DNA of 64,000 bases, taken from contig CP068257.2 of NCBI GenBank assembly GCA_009914755.4, positions 15,616,001-15,680,000 on the forward strand. Direction: 5' to 3'. This DNA is from the human T2T-CHM13v2.0 reference genome, Homo sapiens. Under the pieces are notes generated by a model. It searched no databases. It had not been told where the DNA came from and saw nothing but the letters and a program-made list of their open reading frames with translations. Below, piece after piece: positions 60,963 through 64,000 of this stretch. The stretch's first letter is position 1; each line of letters begins with the position of its first letter. The translations under genes and the position numbers were made by a program.

Positions 60963-62376
60963 TTAAATAGTCTAATGATACATCTTAAAGAACTAGAAAA
61001 ACAAGAGCAAACCAAATCCAAAATTAGTACAAGGAAAGAAATAATAAATATTACAGTAGAAATAAATGAAAATGAAATTTAAAAATACAAAAAACTCAAT
61101 GAAACAAAAAAGTTGTTTTGTGAAAAGCTAAACAAAATTGACAAACCATTAACCCAACTAACTTTGAATAAAAGAGAAAAGACTCAAATAAATAAAGTCA
61201 GAGATTAAAAGGGAGGCATTACAACTGATACTGCAGAAATTCGAAGTATCGTTGGAGGCTACTATGAACAACTCTATGATAATAAATTGGAAAACCTAGA
61301 AGGAATGGATAAATTCCTAGACACATACAACCTACCAGGATTGATCCAGGAATAAATCCAAAACATGAACATGCCAATAAAAAGTAATGAAATCGAAACT
61401 GTTCTGAAGAAGTCTCTCAACAAAGAAAAGCCTGGGACCGAATGGCTTCACTGCTAAATTTTAGGAAACATTTAAAGAAGAATTATTATCAAACATCCTC
61501 AAACTATTAAAAAAAAAAAAAGGAGGATGGAATACATCCAAACTTATTCTATGAGGCCAGTATTACCCTGACACCAAAAGACACATTAAAAAAGAGAAGA
61601 AAAGAAAACTTCAGGCCAATATCCCGGATGAAAATTGGTGCAAAAATACTCAACAAAATGCTAGCAAACCAAATTCAACAACACATTAAAAAGATCATTC
61701 ATCATGTCCAAGTGGGATTTATTTCAGGGATTCAAGAACGGTCCAACATATGCAAATCAATCAATGTGATACATCATAACACCAGAATGAAGGACAAAAA
61801 CCATATGATCATTTTAATTGATGCTGAAAAAGCACCTGATAAAATTTAACATCTCTTCATGATAAAACCCTCAAAAAAACAGGTATAGAAGGGACATACC
61901 TCAACACAATAAAAACCATACACAACAGACTCATGACTTGTATCATACTGAATGGGAAAAACTGAAGCCTTTCCTCTAAGATTTGGAATACAACAAGAGG
62001 ATGCCAATTTTCACTGCTGTTATTCAACATAATACTGGAAATCCTAGCTATAACAGTCGGACAAAAGAAAGAAAAAAACATGCAACCAGATTGGAAAGGG
62101 AAGAAGTCAAATTATCCTTGTTTGCAGATGATATAATCTTATATTTGGAAAAACCTAAAGACTCCACCAAAAACTATTAGAACTGATTTTTAAAATTCAT
62201 GAAGTTGGAGGATACAAAATTAACATACAAAAATCAGTAGCATTTCTATATGCCAACAGTGAAAAATCTGAAAAAGAAATCAAGAAAGTAATCCCATTTA
62301 CAATAGCTACAAATAAAATAAAATATCTAGAAATAAATTTAACCAAAGAAATGAAAGGTCTCTACAATGAAAACTA

Positions 62377-62812
<436 letters not shown>

Positions 62813-62824
62813 GGAAGAAATTCA

Positions 62825-63181
<357 letters not shown>

Positions 63182-64000
63182 AATTAATATTGTTAAATAT
63201 CCATACTACCCAAAGAAATCTACAGATTCAATGTAATCTCTATCCAAATACCAATGGCATTCTTCACAGAAATAGAAAAAAGTAATCCTAAAATTTATAT
63301 AAAATCACAATACACACAGAATAGCCAAAGCCACCCTAAGGGGGAAAAATACTGGAGGAATCAAATTATCTGACTTCAAATTATACTACAGATCTATAGT
63401 AATCAAAACAGTATGGTACTGGCATAAAAATAGTCACATTGACCAATGAAACAGAATAAGAACTCAGATATAAATTCATACATCTACAGTGAATTCATTT
63501 TTGACAAAGTTGCCAAGCACATACACTGGGAAAAGAACAGTCTCTTCAACAAATTCTGATGGGAAAACTGGATGCCCATATGCAGAATGACACTAGACAC
63601 CTATCTCTAGCCATATACAAACATCAAATCAAAATGGATTAAAGACTTAAATCTAAGATCTCAAACTATGAAACTACTAAAGAAAAACATTGGGGAAACT
63701 CTCCAGGACATTGGTCTCAGCACAAATCTATTGAGTAACACCCCACAAGCACAGGCAACCAAAGCAAAAATTGACAAATGGGATCACATGAAGTCAAAAA
63801 GCTTCTTCACAGCAAAGGAAACAATCAACAAAGCGAAGAGACAATCCACAGAATGGGAGATAATATCTGTAAACTATCCATCTGACAAAGGATTAATTAC
63901 CAGAATATATAAGGAGCTCAAACAATTCTATAGAAAGAAAATCTAATATTCCAATTTAAAAATAAGCTTAAGATCTGAATAGACATTGCTCAAAAGAAGA

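Overview
This window is primate (almost certainly human) nuclear DNA, not a prokaryotic locus. I find no operon, defence island or other novel 'system'. The first 9 kb is AT-rich, low-complexity intronic or intergenic sequence with one 5'-truncated Alu and one short GC-richer stretch that looks like an exon. From about 9 kb to the window end it is an almost continuous pile of nested retrotransposons.

Main elements, in order:
- A full-length L1PA element at 9033-15285.
- An older L1 at 16400-19714 joined to a THE1/MaLR internal fragment, then another L1 (20849-25848).
- L1M fragments and an Alu at 26.4-27.6 kb.
- A large old L1 at 27557-34993 that resumes at 46731-47230. It has been hit three times.
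  - A THE1 solo LTR (28775-29134).
  - A minus-strand SVA (29225-32044) with a 1.9 kb VNTR and 14-16 bp target-site duplications.
  - An 11.7 kb compound insertion (34994-46730) flanked by an 11-bp TSD and ending in AATAAA plus poly(A).
- A 6.8 kb older L1PA at 47236-53995 carrying a 5'-truncated AluY.
- Two further old L1 copies from 53996 to the window end, carrying an L1PA 3' fragment and four Alus, each with TSDs.

The 11.7 kb insertion is the most interesting structure. It starts with a GPR157-like exon 1 that is open for 42 codons and then hits a TGA, with a frameshift further on. The exon ends at a GT donor and runs on into intron-like sequence. That is the signature of a retrocopy of a prematurely polyadenylated transcript. 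It was later invaded by a roughly 9.9 kb gamma-type ERV provirus of the ERV9/HERV-W clade. The provirus has LTR12-like LTRs, a tRNA-Pro-like primer-binding site, a 4-bp TSD CAAG, and degraded gag/pro/pol/env. Its env TM anchor is in turn split by a young L1PA2/3 3' fragment with a 17-bp TSD.

Most ORFs in the supplied six-frame track are degenerate L1 ORF1/ORF2 pieces, ERV gag/pol/env pieces, or artefacts of the GC-rich SVA VNTR.
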